Origin: an uncultured delta proteobacterium
Lineage (GTDB): Bacteria > Desulfobacterota > Binatia > UBA9968
DNA: 64,000 nt
Assembly (NCBI GenBank): GCA_963745035.1
Contig: CAVUVW010000014.1
Coordinates: 576,001 to 640,000 of the forward strand
Direction: 5' to 3'
Below are positions 10,159-21,849 of the stretch, piece after piece. Made by a program: the position numbers and the translations under genes. The stretch's first letter is position 1; each line of letters begins with the position of its first letter. Below the pieces are notes generated by a model. The model was not told where the DNA came from and ran no database searches. It saw nothing but the letters and a program-made list of their open reading frames with translations.

Positions 10159-12042
10159 TTGGATCGCCATTCAATTCTATGGGTGCTGACGGCGCTACTG
10201 TTTCTGGCGGCCGGGTGCGCGACTCCGATCGGCGTCAATCAGGTCGATCGCGCTGTCGCGTATCGTTCGCTCACCGCCAATGCGATGTCGGCGGGGAGGG
10301 CAAGCTCTTTTTCGGCGCGCGAGCTGATGAACCGCGACTTGTACCAGCGCTTCGATGAAGATCCTGAGAATGCTCTCGCCGAACTGCACGCCGATCTGGC
10401 ACCGCAGGGCGATGAGGACCGCCTCTTCGCGCTCGCCGAGCTTTCTTTTCTTCACGCACTGAACAGCGGCAATCGCTCGTACTATCTCGCCGCGGCCGTC
10501 TACGCGTACTCGTTTGTCCTTCCAGGCAAGCGCGGCACCTCGCCAAGGGGCATCGACCCGCGGCTGCGTTGGGCGGTGGATCTGTATAACCAGTCGCTCT
10601 CCCAGGCTGCGAAATCGGATGAAGGACCCTACGCGGTCCCTATGGGCGGTACGTTCAAGCTTCCGTTCGGCGAATTGACCGTGGAATTCGACGAGCGCGA
10701 TCTCATCTGGTCGGGCTTCCGCATGAAGGATTTTATTCCCGCGGCAGATGTGGAAGTGCGTGGCTTGCGCAACCGCTACCGGACACCCGGCATCGGCGCC
10801 GCGCTCGCCGCTTCGATCGAGCCGATTGAGGGCGTGACGGATAAAAGCTCCATGCGCATTCCGCCCAGGCTCAGGATTCCCGTCACGGCCTTTTTGCGGC
10901 TCGACGATCCGCGCGCCGCTTTGGCTTCCGGCCGGTTGAAAGGGAAATTGGAATTCTACACGCAGGACTCGAGTCGGTCGCTCAAGATCGAAGGACTGGA
11001 CGTTCCGATCGAGTACGAAACCACTTCCGCTCTGGCCCTTACTTTGGAAGGCTCGCCGGTTTGGGATTTCGAGATCGCCGGTTTTCGCTCCGGTGACTTC
11101 ACCATCGGTGGAGCAAATCTCCGCGAAGGTCTGTTCATGCTCCATCCGCGCAAGGCCGGCCGGACCCCGGTCGTGCTGGTGCACGGAACAGCTTCGAGTC
11201 CGGCACGGTGGGCGGAGTTGGTGAATGAATTAGAGAACGACCCGCGATTTTGGCAGAATTATGAGATTTGGCTGTTCATGTACAATACGGGTAATCCCGT
11301 CGCTTATTCAGCGATGCTCCTGCGCGAAGCGTTGACCCGCGTTGTCAAAGAATTGGATCCGGACGGGACCGATCGGGGACTCCAACAGATGGTCGTCATC
11401 GGCCATAGCCAAGGCGGTTTGTTGACCAAGATGACGGCGATCGACAGCGGCATGCACCTCTGGCCTTTCAAGGTGCCGGCCGAAGAATTGGATGTCGAGG
11501 CGGAAAGTCGTGAGCTTCTGACCAATGCATTGCTGATCAAACCTCTGCCGTTTGTCCGCCGGCTGATCTTTATTGCAACGCCGCACCGGGGCAGCTATCA
11601 GGCTCTAGGGCTCTTGGGCAATTTGGCCTCCTGGCTGGTGCATCTACCCGGCCGCTTTACCAAATTGAGCCTGGAGCTGTTGACGCTCCAGAGCAAGGGC
11701 ATTCTTCTCGCCCCGGTGACCGGCATGCCGACCAGCGTCGATAATATGAACCCCAATAACCGCTTTATTCGAGCCTTATCGGCGATTCCCATCGCTCAGG
11801 GAGTAGTCGCCCACTCGATCGTCGGTGTCGATGGCAGCGGCCCGCCGGCGGAGGGTGGCGATGGTGTAGTCAAGTATTCCAGCGCTCACATCGACGGTGT
11901 CGAGTCGGAGAAGATCGTGCGCTCGGGGCACTCCATGCAGGGCAATCCGGAAACCATTCAAGAGGTGAAGCGCATCCTGACCGAACACGCCCAAAAAATT
12001 GCGGCGGGCGTTGAGAGCGGCATAGCCGGGTCCTTGCAGTAA
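10159..12042 (+). CDS. Alpha/beta-hydrolase lipoprotein (lipase/esterase-like)
   Basis: AAGGAG RBS + TTG start; LAAGC lipobox; VLVHG, GHSQGG nucleophile elbow, ATPHRGS, DGVV, catalytic His region SGHS. Confidence 0.85.
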   Translation: MDRHSILWVLTALLFLAAGCATPIGVNQVDRAVAYRSLTANAMSAGRASSFSARELMNRDLYQRFDEDPENALAELHADLAPQGDEDRLFALAELSFLHALNSGNRSYYLAAAVYAYSFVLPGKRGTSPRGIDPRLRWAVDLYNQSLSQAAKSDEGPYAVPMGGTFKLPFGELTVEFDERDLIWSGFRMKDFIPAADVEVRGLRNRYRTPGIGAALAASIEPIEGVTDKSSMRIPPRLRIPVTAFLRLDDPRAALASGRLKGKLEFYTQDSSRSLKIEGLDVPIEYETTSALALTLEGSPVWDFEIAGFRSGDFTIGGANLREGLFMLHPRKAGRTPVVLVHGTASSPARWAELVNELENDPRFWQNYEIWLFMYNTGNPVAYSAMLLREALTRVVKELDPDGTDRGLQQMVVIGHSQGGLLTKMTAIDSGMHLWPFKVPAEELDVEAESRELLTNALLIKPLPFVRRLIFIATPHRGSYQALGLLGNLASWLVHLPGRFTKLSLELLTLQSKGILLAPVTGMPTSVDNMNPNNRFIRALSAIPIAQGVVAHSIVGVDGSGPPAEGGDGVVKYSSAHIDGVESEKIVRSGHSMQGNPETIQEVKRILTEHAQKIAAGVESGIAGSLQ

Positions 12043-12214
12043 AGAGCGACTTTGCCCTGTCAATCAATACATCGATTGCGATGCGGATGGACATGCGAAT
12101 CTTATTGTTGTACGCAGAGTACGTTTCGCGTGCTCGCACGCCCGTGCTGGGAAAACTGGATTGCAGCGCGCTGCGGCGCCAGACAATGGGTTTGGGTCAT
12201 GGGAGGTAATTGAG

Positions 12215-12655
12215 ATGAATTCGAATCTCTTCAGGTCGGCCTGCGTTTCTCTGACGCTCGTCATGGCTCTCGGCTCGAGCTCCACGCTCTATGCCATCGA
12301 CAATAATCACCGGTACTTCGCCTACGGCCTCGGGCAACGGAGCTGCGAAGACTACGTGAAATTCAGAGAGAAAAAACTTGAATCCCTAGAACAAAAGCAC
12401 GAACGCTACACGAGGGATGAGCTTTACGAGATCGTCGATCGGATCGTCGAGCACTGGATCGCCGGGTTTCTCACCGCGCACAACTTCTACGTGAGCGACA
12501 CTTATGATGTCGCCGGAAAAACCGACATCAACGATATAGAGGCGCGGCTGGAGAAAAGCTGCCGGGCCAATCCGAAGCAGCGCTTCGCCGAAGCCATGAT
12601 CTCGGTCGTGCAGCAGCTCAACCCCCAGCGAGTAAGGGCGGAAGGCGTCAAATGA
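12215..12655 (+). CDS. Secreted helical protein with Cys pair, possibly HdeA/HdeB-like
   Basis: GGAGG RBS, signal peptide, SCEDY...WIAGF...CRANP pattern. Confidence 0.55.
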   Translation: MNSNLFRSACVSLTLVMALGSSSTLYAIDNNHRYFAYGLGQRSCEDYVKFREKKLESLEQKHERYTRDELYEIVDRIVEHWIAGFLTAHNFYVSDTYDVAGKTDINDIEARLEKSCRANPKQRFAEAMISVVQQLNPQRVRAEGVK

Positions 12656-12710
12656 GAATCATGGGAGGTCTGAAACTCGGTGTGGCAGAGAACCCGTTAA
12701 GGAGTCAGCA

Positions 12711-13043
12711 ATGAAAGTGACCAAATGTCTTTCAGCGATGATCTTGACCATCTTGTTTCTAGGATGTTCGGAACCTATGACGACGCGGGAGAAGGGCGCG
12801 GTGGTCGGCACGGTCGGCGGTGCCGGCTTGGGTGCAATCATCGGCAGCGCCACCGGTAATGCCGGCGCCGGTGCCGGGATCGGCGCCGCCGTCGGGCTTC
12901 TCGGCGGAGCGGTGATCGGCGATCAGATGCAGGCGCGCCAGCAACAGGATGCGGCAGTGCAACGACAGATGCAGGCGCAACAAGCCGAGATCGATCGCCA
13001 GCAAAGGGAGTTGAACCAACTCAAGGCACAGCAGGCGCGCTAG
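12711..13043 (+). CDS. Glycine-zipper lipoprotein
   Basis: FLGC lipobox, GAVVG...GAIIG...GAGIGAAVG glycine zipper, Gln-rich coiled coil. Confidence 0.85.
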   Translation: MKVTKCLSAMILTILFLGCSEPMTTREKGAVVGTVGGAGLGAIIGSATGNAGAGAGIGAAVGLLGGAVIGDQMQARQQQDAAVQRQMQAQQAEIDRQQRELNQLKAQQAR

Positions 13044-13194
13044 GCCGCTGTCCGTTCAGGATGGAGGATAGATAAAACGTAATCCGGGTCTTATGCGGGA
13101 ACTTGAACATCGCACCACGAGCGCAGTTTTCATCCGTTCTGTCTCGCTGCCTGCCTATATAGCGCTCGCCGGCAACAATTTCTCGTTTGCCCTC

Positions 13195-13214
13195 CATTGG
13201 ACTAAGGTCCAATA
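13195..13214 (+). promoter_or_regulatory. Operator box 4 (CATTGGACTAAGGTCCAATA)
   Basis: 15/16 match; TTCGC then TAAGCG starting at 13236. Confidence 0.85.
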
Positions 13215-13324
13215 CCGTCACTTTTTTGAATTCGCTAAGCGTTAGCTGGCGAGGCTGCTGGAACCCGTAAAGCAGCTCCAATGGTGGTCGTGCGCACGCT
13301 TCACGGTTCTTCTGGAGACGAACA

Positions 13325-13778
13325 ATGACATGGAGACATTTTGCATTAATAGTGGGACTTGTCGCGCTGTTGGGGGGCTCTGCGGCCGATGCTGGGCAGA
13401 CGGCTGATGGCACGGTGAAGATCACGCAGTAGATCGGTCGCGGAAGGAATCGGACTCACGTGGGGTGAAGGCGTGTTGACCTACAAGGGCAACAATTATC
13501 CGTTCACCTTTCACGCCAGCGGGCGACTGCGGGACGTGGACGTCAAAATGACCGCCGCGGAATTGTCGGGGCAGGTTTTCAACTTAAAAAATCTCGACGA
13601 CTTCAATGGCAACTACAAGGCGAGCGAAGGGGATAAGACGGGCGATGGCGGGGGTACTCGCGCCAGCATCAAAAATCAAAAGGGCGTCGTTGTAAACCTT
13701 GTTTCCACGGCGGAAGGCCGTAAGTTCAGCGTAATGCGTGAAGGTGTGGACATCGAACTCAAGAGTGCCAAGCCCTAA
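13325..13778 (+). CDS. Exported DUF1134-like protein; frameshift ~13427
   Basis: Signal peptide MTWRHFALIVGL...; SVAEGIGLTWGEGVLTYKG...GQVFNLKNLDDFNGNY pattern. Confidence 0.55.
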
Positions 13779-13926
13779 ATTCGGCGGGTAACGAAATGGC
13801 TGACATCATCCGGCCAAAAGGCGCGGTATAGCCATTTTTGTTGAGCTCGCAGGTCTTGCGCGTGCAGACGGGGCTGCGAAGGATCACTCGTCTCGGCTAG
13901 CCCGGAACAGGAACAGAGGAGGCTCT

Positions 13927-14298
13927 ATGCCATTTACCATTATCGACGCGGCCGGGCCGGTCATCACCGCCAAGATCAGCGGCGAGCTCGGCAAATCCGA
14001 GGTCAATCAGTTGCAGGCCGCAGCGCTCGGCGCGATCAAGCGTCATGGCCGAGTCAACGCGCTCTTCATTCTTGAAAACTTTCAAGGTTGGAAACAAACG
14101 GGCGACTGGGGAGACATCACCTTCATGACCGAGCACGACGACCAAATCGGTAAAATCGCCGTGGTCGGAGCGGAAGACTGGCGAGATATGATCTATGCCT
14201 TTCTTGCCAAAGGCTTTCGGCAGGCGCAAGTCGAATACTTCCTGCCGCCCGAGCTCGCGAAAGCACGCTCCTGGCTGGAGGAGAATAACCGCTCCTAG
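13927..14298 (+). CDS. STAS/SEC14 (SpoIIAA-like) domain protein
   Basis: GGAGG RBS; ISGEL, FQGW, KIAVVG-x-x-x-W, YF...KARSWL. Confidence 0.8.
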   Translation: MPFTIIDAAGPVITAKISGELGKSEVNQLQAAALGAIKRHGRVNALFILENFQGWKQTGDWGDITFMTEHDDQIGKIAVVGAEDWRDMIYAFLAKGFRQAQVEYFLPPELAKARSWLEENNRS

Positions 14299-14312
14299 CA
14301 GCGCGGATTGCC

Positions 14313-15008
14313 GTGCCAAACCTCAGGCCAATATTGCGATTGTTTGTCGGACTCGGGACCGTCCTGGTTTTTTCCTCTTGCTCGATACAGCCTCAAATTC
14401 CCAGCATGGCTGACCATCAGGTCGAAAGCATGCTCCGCAACGAAGCGGCGGCTATGCTTACGGCCGTAGAGGGTCGCGAGAATCCGACCACGTATCGCTT
14501 TTTCCTTTCCGAGTTCCCGCGCAAAGATATTCTCGGCATGAGTGTCGGCAACGGGCGGATCTACATCAGCTACAAACTGGCCACTCTGGCATTGGCCGAT
14601 CCGGATCATCGCTGGTTGCTCAGACAAACGCTGGCCCATGAGATCGCCCATGAGACCGCCGGCCATGCCAACCAAAAAAGCCCAGTGTGGTTCAACCAGG
14701 TTTCTGCTGCTGGCCCGTCCGCACGCGACATCGGTCTACCCTGGTATGTGCGCCTGGTGAACTACTCGATCGAGAAGGAGCTCGAGGCGGATCGGATCGG
14801 ACTCGGCTACTGGAGTAAGCTCGGCTGGAATTGCCGGATCTGGGTGCGTATTCTCAAAGACCTCGAGAAGCAAAACTATCGCGGCGACGATTTCCACCCC
14901 ACCGAGCGCCGATTGCAACAAGCCGAGAGCGTCTGCGCGGCCGAGGGCCGCTATCGGGCGGTCGTCGCGCCGATCGATAGTGTCTCGTTGCCTTCATCGC
15001 CAGATTGA
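14313..15008 (+). CDS. M48-family Zn metallopeptidase, probable lipoprotein
   Basis: LAHEIAH (HExxH), ELEADRIG, FHP-x-x-RR. Confidence 0.85.
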   Translation: MPNLRPILRLFVGLGTVLVFSSCSIQPQIPSMADHQVESMLRNEAAAMLTAVEGRENPTTYRFFLSEFPRKDILGMSVGNGRIYISYKLATLALADPDHRWLLRQTLAHEIAHETAGHANQKSPVWFNQVSAAGPSARDIGLPWYVRLVNYSIEKELEADRIGLGYWSKLGWNCRIWVRILKDLEKQNYRGDDFHPTERRLQQAESVCAAEGRYRAVVAPIDSVSLPSSPD

Positions 15009-15098
15009 GTTAAGCGGACTGATCGCGAGTCCTTGCTGCTTAAGCGCCGCGCGCTCAAAGCAGGACGCTGTCGCGCAAGGATTCGGCATTGCGGCCCC

Positions 15099-17262
15099 GT
15101 GAGCTCTTCCAATAAAATCCTGATCGGACTTTGCGCCGGTGCCTTCGTCGGAATTTTCCTCGGCGAGCACGCCGGTGTGTTCAAATTCGCCGCGGATGGA
15201 TTTGTCAAGCTGCTGCAGATGACGGTGCTGCCGTACATCACTCTCTCGATCGTCACGAGTCTGGGAACTTTGAATTATACGCAGGTGAAGATCATCGGCC
15301 TTCGCGGTGGCGCAGTGCTTGTCGGCCTGTGGTGTCTCGCCCTGATTTTTACATTCCTGATCCCATTCGCATTCCCGGCCCTCGAAACCGCGTCATTTTT
15401 CAGCTCGACCCTGATCGCAGAGCGCCGGCCGTTTAATTTTGTCGATCTGTTCATTCCATCCAATCCGTTTCATGCGCTGTCGAACAACATTGTCCCGGCG
15501 GTCGTTCTGTTCTTTATTTTTTTCGGTGTCGCGCTCATCGGCGTGGAGCGCAAGCAAGTCGCGCTCGACGTTTTTAACGTCGCCAAAGAGGCCTTATCGA
15601 AAGCGACCAAAGCCATCGTGACTTTGACGCCTTATGGGGTTTTCGCCATCGCCGCAAATACCGCGGGCACCTTGAACCTCGACCAACTAGCCCGAATTCA
15701 GGTTTACCTGATCACGTACGTGATCGTTGCTCTCCTCGTGGCCCTTTGGGTATTGCCCGGTCTGGTCGCGGCGCTCACCCCCTTCAGCTATCGAGAGGTG
15801 CTCGGGCCGACGCGAGACGCGCTGATCACGGCATTCGTGGCGGCAGATTTGTTCATCGTCCTGCCGATCCTGATCCAGGCATGCAAGGACCTGTGCGAGC
15901 GTCATCAGCTCGTCGACGAGCGGACAAGGGCGCTGCCGGAATTGATCGTGCCCACGTCCTTCAATTTTCCCCATACCGGCAAGCTCCTCTCCATCAGCTT
16001 CATCTTGTTCGCCGGGTGGTTCGCCGATGCGGCGGTGCCGTCGTCGGAATATCCGCGCCTGGCACTGGCGGGTCTGCTTACGTTCTTCGGTAGTCTCAAT
16101 GTGGCGGTGCCGTTCCTGCTCGACCTGTTCCGCATCCCAACCGATACGTTTCAGCTTTTCCTGGCCACCGGCGTCATCAACTCAAGATTCGGCTCGCTGC
16201 TCGCGGCGGTCCACACGGTGGCGGTGGCGCTGCTCGGAAGCGCGGCGATTGTCGGTGCGCTGCGCTTCCGTCCGGCGCGCATCGCCCGCTATGTTGTGGT
16301 TACGGCCGGAGCTAACGGCTGTGATCATTGGTGGCTTGCGAGTAGTTTTTGACACCGCCCTAGCGGGAAGCTTTGCGCGGTGAGGAGCTGGTCTACGGAA
16401 TGCGTCCGCTCATGACCGCTGGTGATGCGCGGCTGTTGAAACCCGCCGAGCTTGGTGAGGGTGGAGAAGCGGCTGCGTCGGCGGGACCGCGGCTCGACAC
16501 GATCACACAACGTGGTACGCTCCGCGTCGGCGTGTTTGCTGATCGCCTGCCGTTCGTTTTCATCAACCGAGAAGGTCATCTGGTCGGGTTCGACGTCGAG
16601 ATGGCCCAGCTCCTTGCCCGTGATCTTGGAGTCATTGTTGAATTCGTCGAGATGGAAGCGGCCGGTCCGCGAAGTGCCCCCTTGTTGGCGGCGGGCATAT
16701 CGATGTGGCCATGACGGGATTTCCAGTGACGCGCGGCGCGCCAGCCAAATGCTTCATTCCGAGCCCTACCTGGAGGAGACCCTTGCGTTCGTGGTGAAAG
16801 ATCAACTGCGGGAGGAGTTTTCCAGCTGGGCTAACATACGGGAGCTCGGTAGTTTCTCTGTGCTGATTCCTGCCTTGCCGTACTTTATCGATGTGATAAG
16901 AACGCGCGCGCCACTGCTGAAGCTCACAGTGGCGGCCTCCATGATGCAAATCGAGCAGGCGATTAGAAATGGAACATCCGATGCGGTCGTGCTCCCCGCC
17001 GAGCGCGGCTCGGTTCTGAGCCTTGCTCTATCCAAAGTACACCGTGGTTGTGCCGGAACCGGGAATTGTCAAAATACCACTCGCCTATCCGGTGGCCCGC
17101 CGCGATCACGAGTTGGCAACGTTTCTAAATACCTGGATCGAGCTGAAACGGCGCGACGGCACCATCGAGGCTCTCTACGAGCCATTGGATCTGGGAAAGC
17201 AGGCAACCAGAAATCGGGCCCGCTGGTCGGTCATTCGCAACGTGCTCGGCTGGGTCGACTGA
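15099..17262 (+). CDS. Cation:dicarboxylate/amino-acid symporter (DAACS) fused to SBP family 3 domain; several frameshifts
   Basis: FVKLLQMTVLPYI, LTPYGVFA DAACS motifs; downstream fragments RGTLRVG...LVGFDVEMA...LAYPVA...FLNTWIE are collinear in shifted frames. Confidence 0.75.
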
Positions 17263-17298
17263 TTCCTAGCGGAACAGTCAATACGAAATTCCCTGCGC

Positions 17299-17318
17299 CA
17301 TTGGACCAAGGTCCAATA
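17299..17318 (+). promoter_or_regulatory. Operator box 5 (CATTGGACCAAGGTCCAATA), upstream of RND operon
   Basis: 15/16 match; TTCGA then TATCTA starting at 17340. Confidence 0.85.
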
Positions 17319-17442
17319 TCCGCAACTGACGCATTTCGATATCTAACGCTAAAGTCCGGCGGTGGTCTTTATAGCAATCGCGGACGATCGCGGATAGGAA
17401 TGGTGCGCGTACCGTAGAACATTCGATAGAGAACGCGCTTAT

Positions 17443-18625
17443 ATGCTGGAGGATCTCGTGAAAGTGAACCGTCTTACGTCACATAAAGCACGACTGCTGC
17501 CCATGCTGAACTCGATATATGCCTGCTGTGCGCTGGCACTAGCCGTTGCGTGCTCCAAAGAGGAGCCGCCGCCGCCTCCTCCGCCGGAGGTCCAGGTCAC
17601 TGCGGCCGTTCAGAAAGATGTGCCGATCTACATCGAGCTTGTCGGCGCAACGCTGGGGTCGGAGGATATCGAAATCCGCGCTCGCGTGGAAGGCTACCTT
17701 GCTTCGGTCAACTTCACCGAAGGCGCCTTCGTCAAAAAGGGGCAACTCCTTTACAAGATCGACCCCCAGCCCTTTCAAGCGGCATTGGCCCAAGCCCAGG
17801 CCAATTGGAGACCGCTCAAGCCCGGTTGGAAAAGACCAATAACGATGTGGCTCGGTATAAACCACTGGCCGAGCAGAAGGCGGTGAGCCAACAGGAGCTC
17901 GACAATGCGTTGTCGGCTCAAGAGGCGGCGCGGTTCCAGGTTACGGCCTACGATGCGCTGGTTTCCAAAGCCAAACTCGATCTTGCCTACACGACGATTA
18001 CCTCGCCGGTCGATGGTCTCATTGGGACGACGCAGAGGAAAGTCGGCAGCTTGGTGGGACGCGGTGAAAACACCTTGCTCAACACGATCTCGCAGGTCCA
18101 TCCGATTCTCTTCCGCTGCGCCATCGCCGAGGCGGAGTATCTGAGAATCGCCCGCCGCGGCGGCGATAGGAATAGATCTCTCGAGAAACAATTCGGCGTC
18201 GAGCTGATTCTCGCCGACGGAACCGTCATCCGCACAAAGGACGGCTCGACGCCATCGAACGCGCGGTGGATCCAACGACCGGCACTCTCACCGGGCAGTT
18301 TAGCTTTCCCAATCCTGAGCGGATTCTGCGCCCGAGCCAGTACGGGCGAGCACGATTCGTCACCGATCTGAAGGAAGACGCCGTTCTGATACCCCAACGC
18401 GGAGTACAGGAGATTCAAGGCCTGTATAGCGTCATGGTCGTCAAGCCGGATTCGACGGTGGAGCAGCGTATGGTGAAAGCCGGCGAACGCGTCGGCAGTT
18501 TGTGGGTCATCGAGTCGGGCATCAAGCCGGGAGAAAAGGTCGTCGTGGAGGGCGTTCAACGAGTCCGCCCGGGAGTGCAAGTGAACGCGAAACCGGAGAA
18601 GCCGCAAGAAACGATCGCCAGCTGA
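17443..18625 (+). CDS. RND efflux periplasmic adaptor (MFP); frameshifts ~17805 and ~18230
   Basis: Lipobox VAC, EIRARVEG, GQLLYKIDP, ITSPVDG, DPTTGT, GEKVVVEG across three frames. Confidence 0.85.
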
Positions 18626-18681
18626 GACCAAACGCGCCGCCGCTGGAAGGCCCTGCCAAGGACGCGAAAGGAAAGTAGGCC

Positions 18682-21600
18682 ATGGCAAATTTTTTTATCC
18701 GCCGGCCCATCGTCGCCATCGTCATTTCCATCATCATGGTTATGATGGGGCTTTTCACGCCTGAAGGGGCTCAGCGTCGAGCAGTATCCATTTCTCGCCC
18801 CGCCCACCATTCGCGTGACGGCGACCTACCCCGGCGCCTCGGCCGTGGCGGTCGAGCAATCGGTGGCGACCCCCATCGAGCAGGAAGTCAACGGCGTCGA
18901 CAAGATGATCTACATGAAATCGTCGAACACCAGCGACGGCCGCATGCAGCTCGACGTCAATTTCGAGGTCGGCGTCGATCAGGACACGGCGAACGTCTTG
19001 ACCCAGAACCGGGTCTCGTCGGCGCAGGCCCGGCTGCCGCAGGAAGTCGTGCAGCAGGGAGTCACCGTCAAAAAGCAAAGCCCAAGTATTTTGATGCTTA
19101 TCTCTCTCTACTCGCCGAAGGAAAGCTACGACGCCAATTTTCTGATCAATTATTCCGGCATCAACCTGCGCGACCAGATACTGCGGATTCCCGGGATCGC
19201 CCAGGTCGATCTCTTCGGCGGCGCCGACTACGGCATGCGCATCTGGCTGCGCCCGGACCGGCTCGCTAATCTCGCCGTCACTCCTGCCGACGTGATCTCG
19301 GCAATCAGGGAGCAGAACCTGCAGGCGCCGGCCGGGCGCGTGGGCATGGCGCCCTCTCCCAAGGACCAGGAGTTTACCTGGACCGTGAGCGCACCCGGCC
19401 GTCTCGTCAATCCGGAGGAGTTCGAGAACATCATCATCCGCCAGACCCAAACCGGCGCGCAGATTCGAGTCAAAGACGTCGGCCGCGCCGAGCTCGGCTC
19501 GCAGGACTACAACTCCTTCGGCCGTCTGGATGGGAAATCCGCCGGCACCATGGCCGTCTACCTGCTGCCGGGCGCGAACCAGCTCCAGGCATCCGAGGCG
19601 ATTTACGAAACCATGAACCGTGCGAAAGCGCTGTTTCCGCCGGACATGGACTACAAGATCGTCTATGACACCACGCCCGCGGTCGAAGGCCTCCATCGAG
19701 GGGATCGTTCATACGTTTCTCGAGGCGATCGTCCTGGTCACGCTCGTCGTCTTTATTTTCCTGCAGAATCTGCGCGCGACCATCATCCCGCTTATCACCG
19801 TGCCCGTGTCGCTGATCGGCACGTTCATTTTTTTCCCGGCTGCTCGGCTTTTCGGTGAACACTCTTTCGATGTTCGGCCTCGTGCTCGCCATCGGTATCG
19901 TCGTCGACGATGCCATCGTCGTCGTCGAAGCGGTGATGCACCACCTCGAGCACGGCATGAGTCCCAAGGGAGGCGACCATCCAGGCGATGAAGGAAGTGT
20001 CGGCCCCGGTCATCGGTATCGCGCTCATCCTCTCCGCCGTGTTCATTCCCGTGGCGTTCCTGGGCGGCCTCACCGGACGCATGTATCAGCAGTTCGCCCT
20101 TACCATCGCGATCTCGGTGCTGCTCTCGGCTTTCAGTGCCTTGTCGCTCTCGCCGGCGCTCTGCGCCATGTTCCTTGCGCGCGCCAAAACCGGCGCGCGG
20201 TCCTCTGGGAAAATTTTTCGGCGGATTCAACTGGGTCTTCGAGCGCTCGACGACAAAGTATGTCAACGCCACCCGGCTGCTCGTGCGGCGGTCGATGCTG
20301 ACGATCGTGATCATCGCTGGAGTGGCTGTCGGGAGCGGGCCTCTTCGGTACCGCGCTGCCGGCGGGTTTCATTCCCGAAGAAGACCAGGGGATGTTCGGC
20401 ATCAACGTGACGCTGCCTCCCGCCGCATCGCTCGAGCGAACCGGCAGAGTTTTGTCCCAGGTGGAGCAGATCGTGGCGAAGACCGAGGGAGTCGACGCGT
20501 TTACGACGCATCGGCGGCTATGGAGTCGTGACCAGCACGTATCAGCCCAACTTCGGCTACGATCTTCGTTCGTCTGAAGCCGTGGGATGACCGACATACC
20601 GAAGCACTGCACGTGCGCGGCATCATGGCGACGCTTGCAGACCGCAGCTAGCGAAGATTTCCGAGGCGATCATCTTTCCGTTCAATATCCCGACGATTTC
20701 CGGGTTTGGCGCATCGGCGGGCTTCAATTTTCTGCTGCAGGACCGCAGCGGCTCGCTCACCGTGCAGCAGCTCGGCGAGCTGTCGCGCCAGTTTCTCGAC
20801 GCGGCGCGCAAACGGCCGGAGCTCGCCAATCTCTTCACCTCCTTCGATCCGCGCTATCCCGCAAATCAAAGTTGATCTCGACCGGGAAAAGGCGCGCAAA
20901 CTCGGCGTACCGGTCAATGAGGTGTTCCAGGCGCTGTCGGCGGTTATGGGCGGCACCTACGTGAACGACTTCAACCGCTTCGGCCGCTTGTTCCGCGTCT
21001 ATGTACAGGCGGATGCCGACTATCGCCGCAAGCCCAAAGATATCGGCGACATCTACGTGCGCAGCGAAACCACCAAAGGCATGATTCCGCTTTCGACGCT
21101 GGTCACCATCACTTCGGAAAGCGGCACCGAAGTCACCAATCGGTTCAATCTGTTCCGCTCGGTGGAAATCAACGGCGTTCCCGGCCGCGGCTTTACCTCC
21201 GGCCAGTCGTTGGCAGCGCTGGAAGAGGTGTTCAAGGAGACGATGCCGAAGGAAATGGGTTTTGCCTATTCTAGCCTTTCCTATCAGGAGAAGGTGGCGC
21301 CGCCGGCGCGGCCCGACGTTCGTTCTCGCCATCGTGTTCGTCTTCCTGCTGCTCGCCGCCATGTATGAGAGCTGGCGCTTGCCCTGGGCGGTTTTGCTCG
21401 GCTCGCCGCTGGTTGCCCTGGGCTCGTTCTTCGGCGTCTGGCTGATGGGCTACGACAACAACGTTTACGTTCAGATCGGCAATATCATGCTCATCGGCCT
21501 CGCGGCGAAAAACGCGATCCTGATCGTCGAGTTCGCCAAAGCAAAACACGAAGAAGGCATGTCGCTTCAAGAGGCCGCTTTGGAGTCGGCGCGCCTGCGC

Positions 21601-21849
21601 TTCCGGCCGATCCTTATGACTGCGTTTGCGTTCATCCTGGGCGTGGTGCCGTTGATGATCGCGAGCGGCGCAGGCGCCGGCGCGCAGAACGTGATGGGGA
21701 CTGCGGTCTTTTGGGGTATGTTGGTCGCCACTGCTCTCGGCGTTTTCCTCATCCCAGGAAACTTTGCGTTTGTCATGGGTCTCGGGGCAAAGAAGAAGCA
21801 AGCTCCAGTGGCGGTTCCCACTGTGCCATCGCACGAGGGGGCGCACTAG
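18682..21849 (+). CDS. RND efflux permease (HAE1/AcrB-like); about 10 frameshifts
   Basis: [66 protein letters not shown]. Confidence 0.9.
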
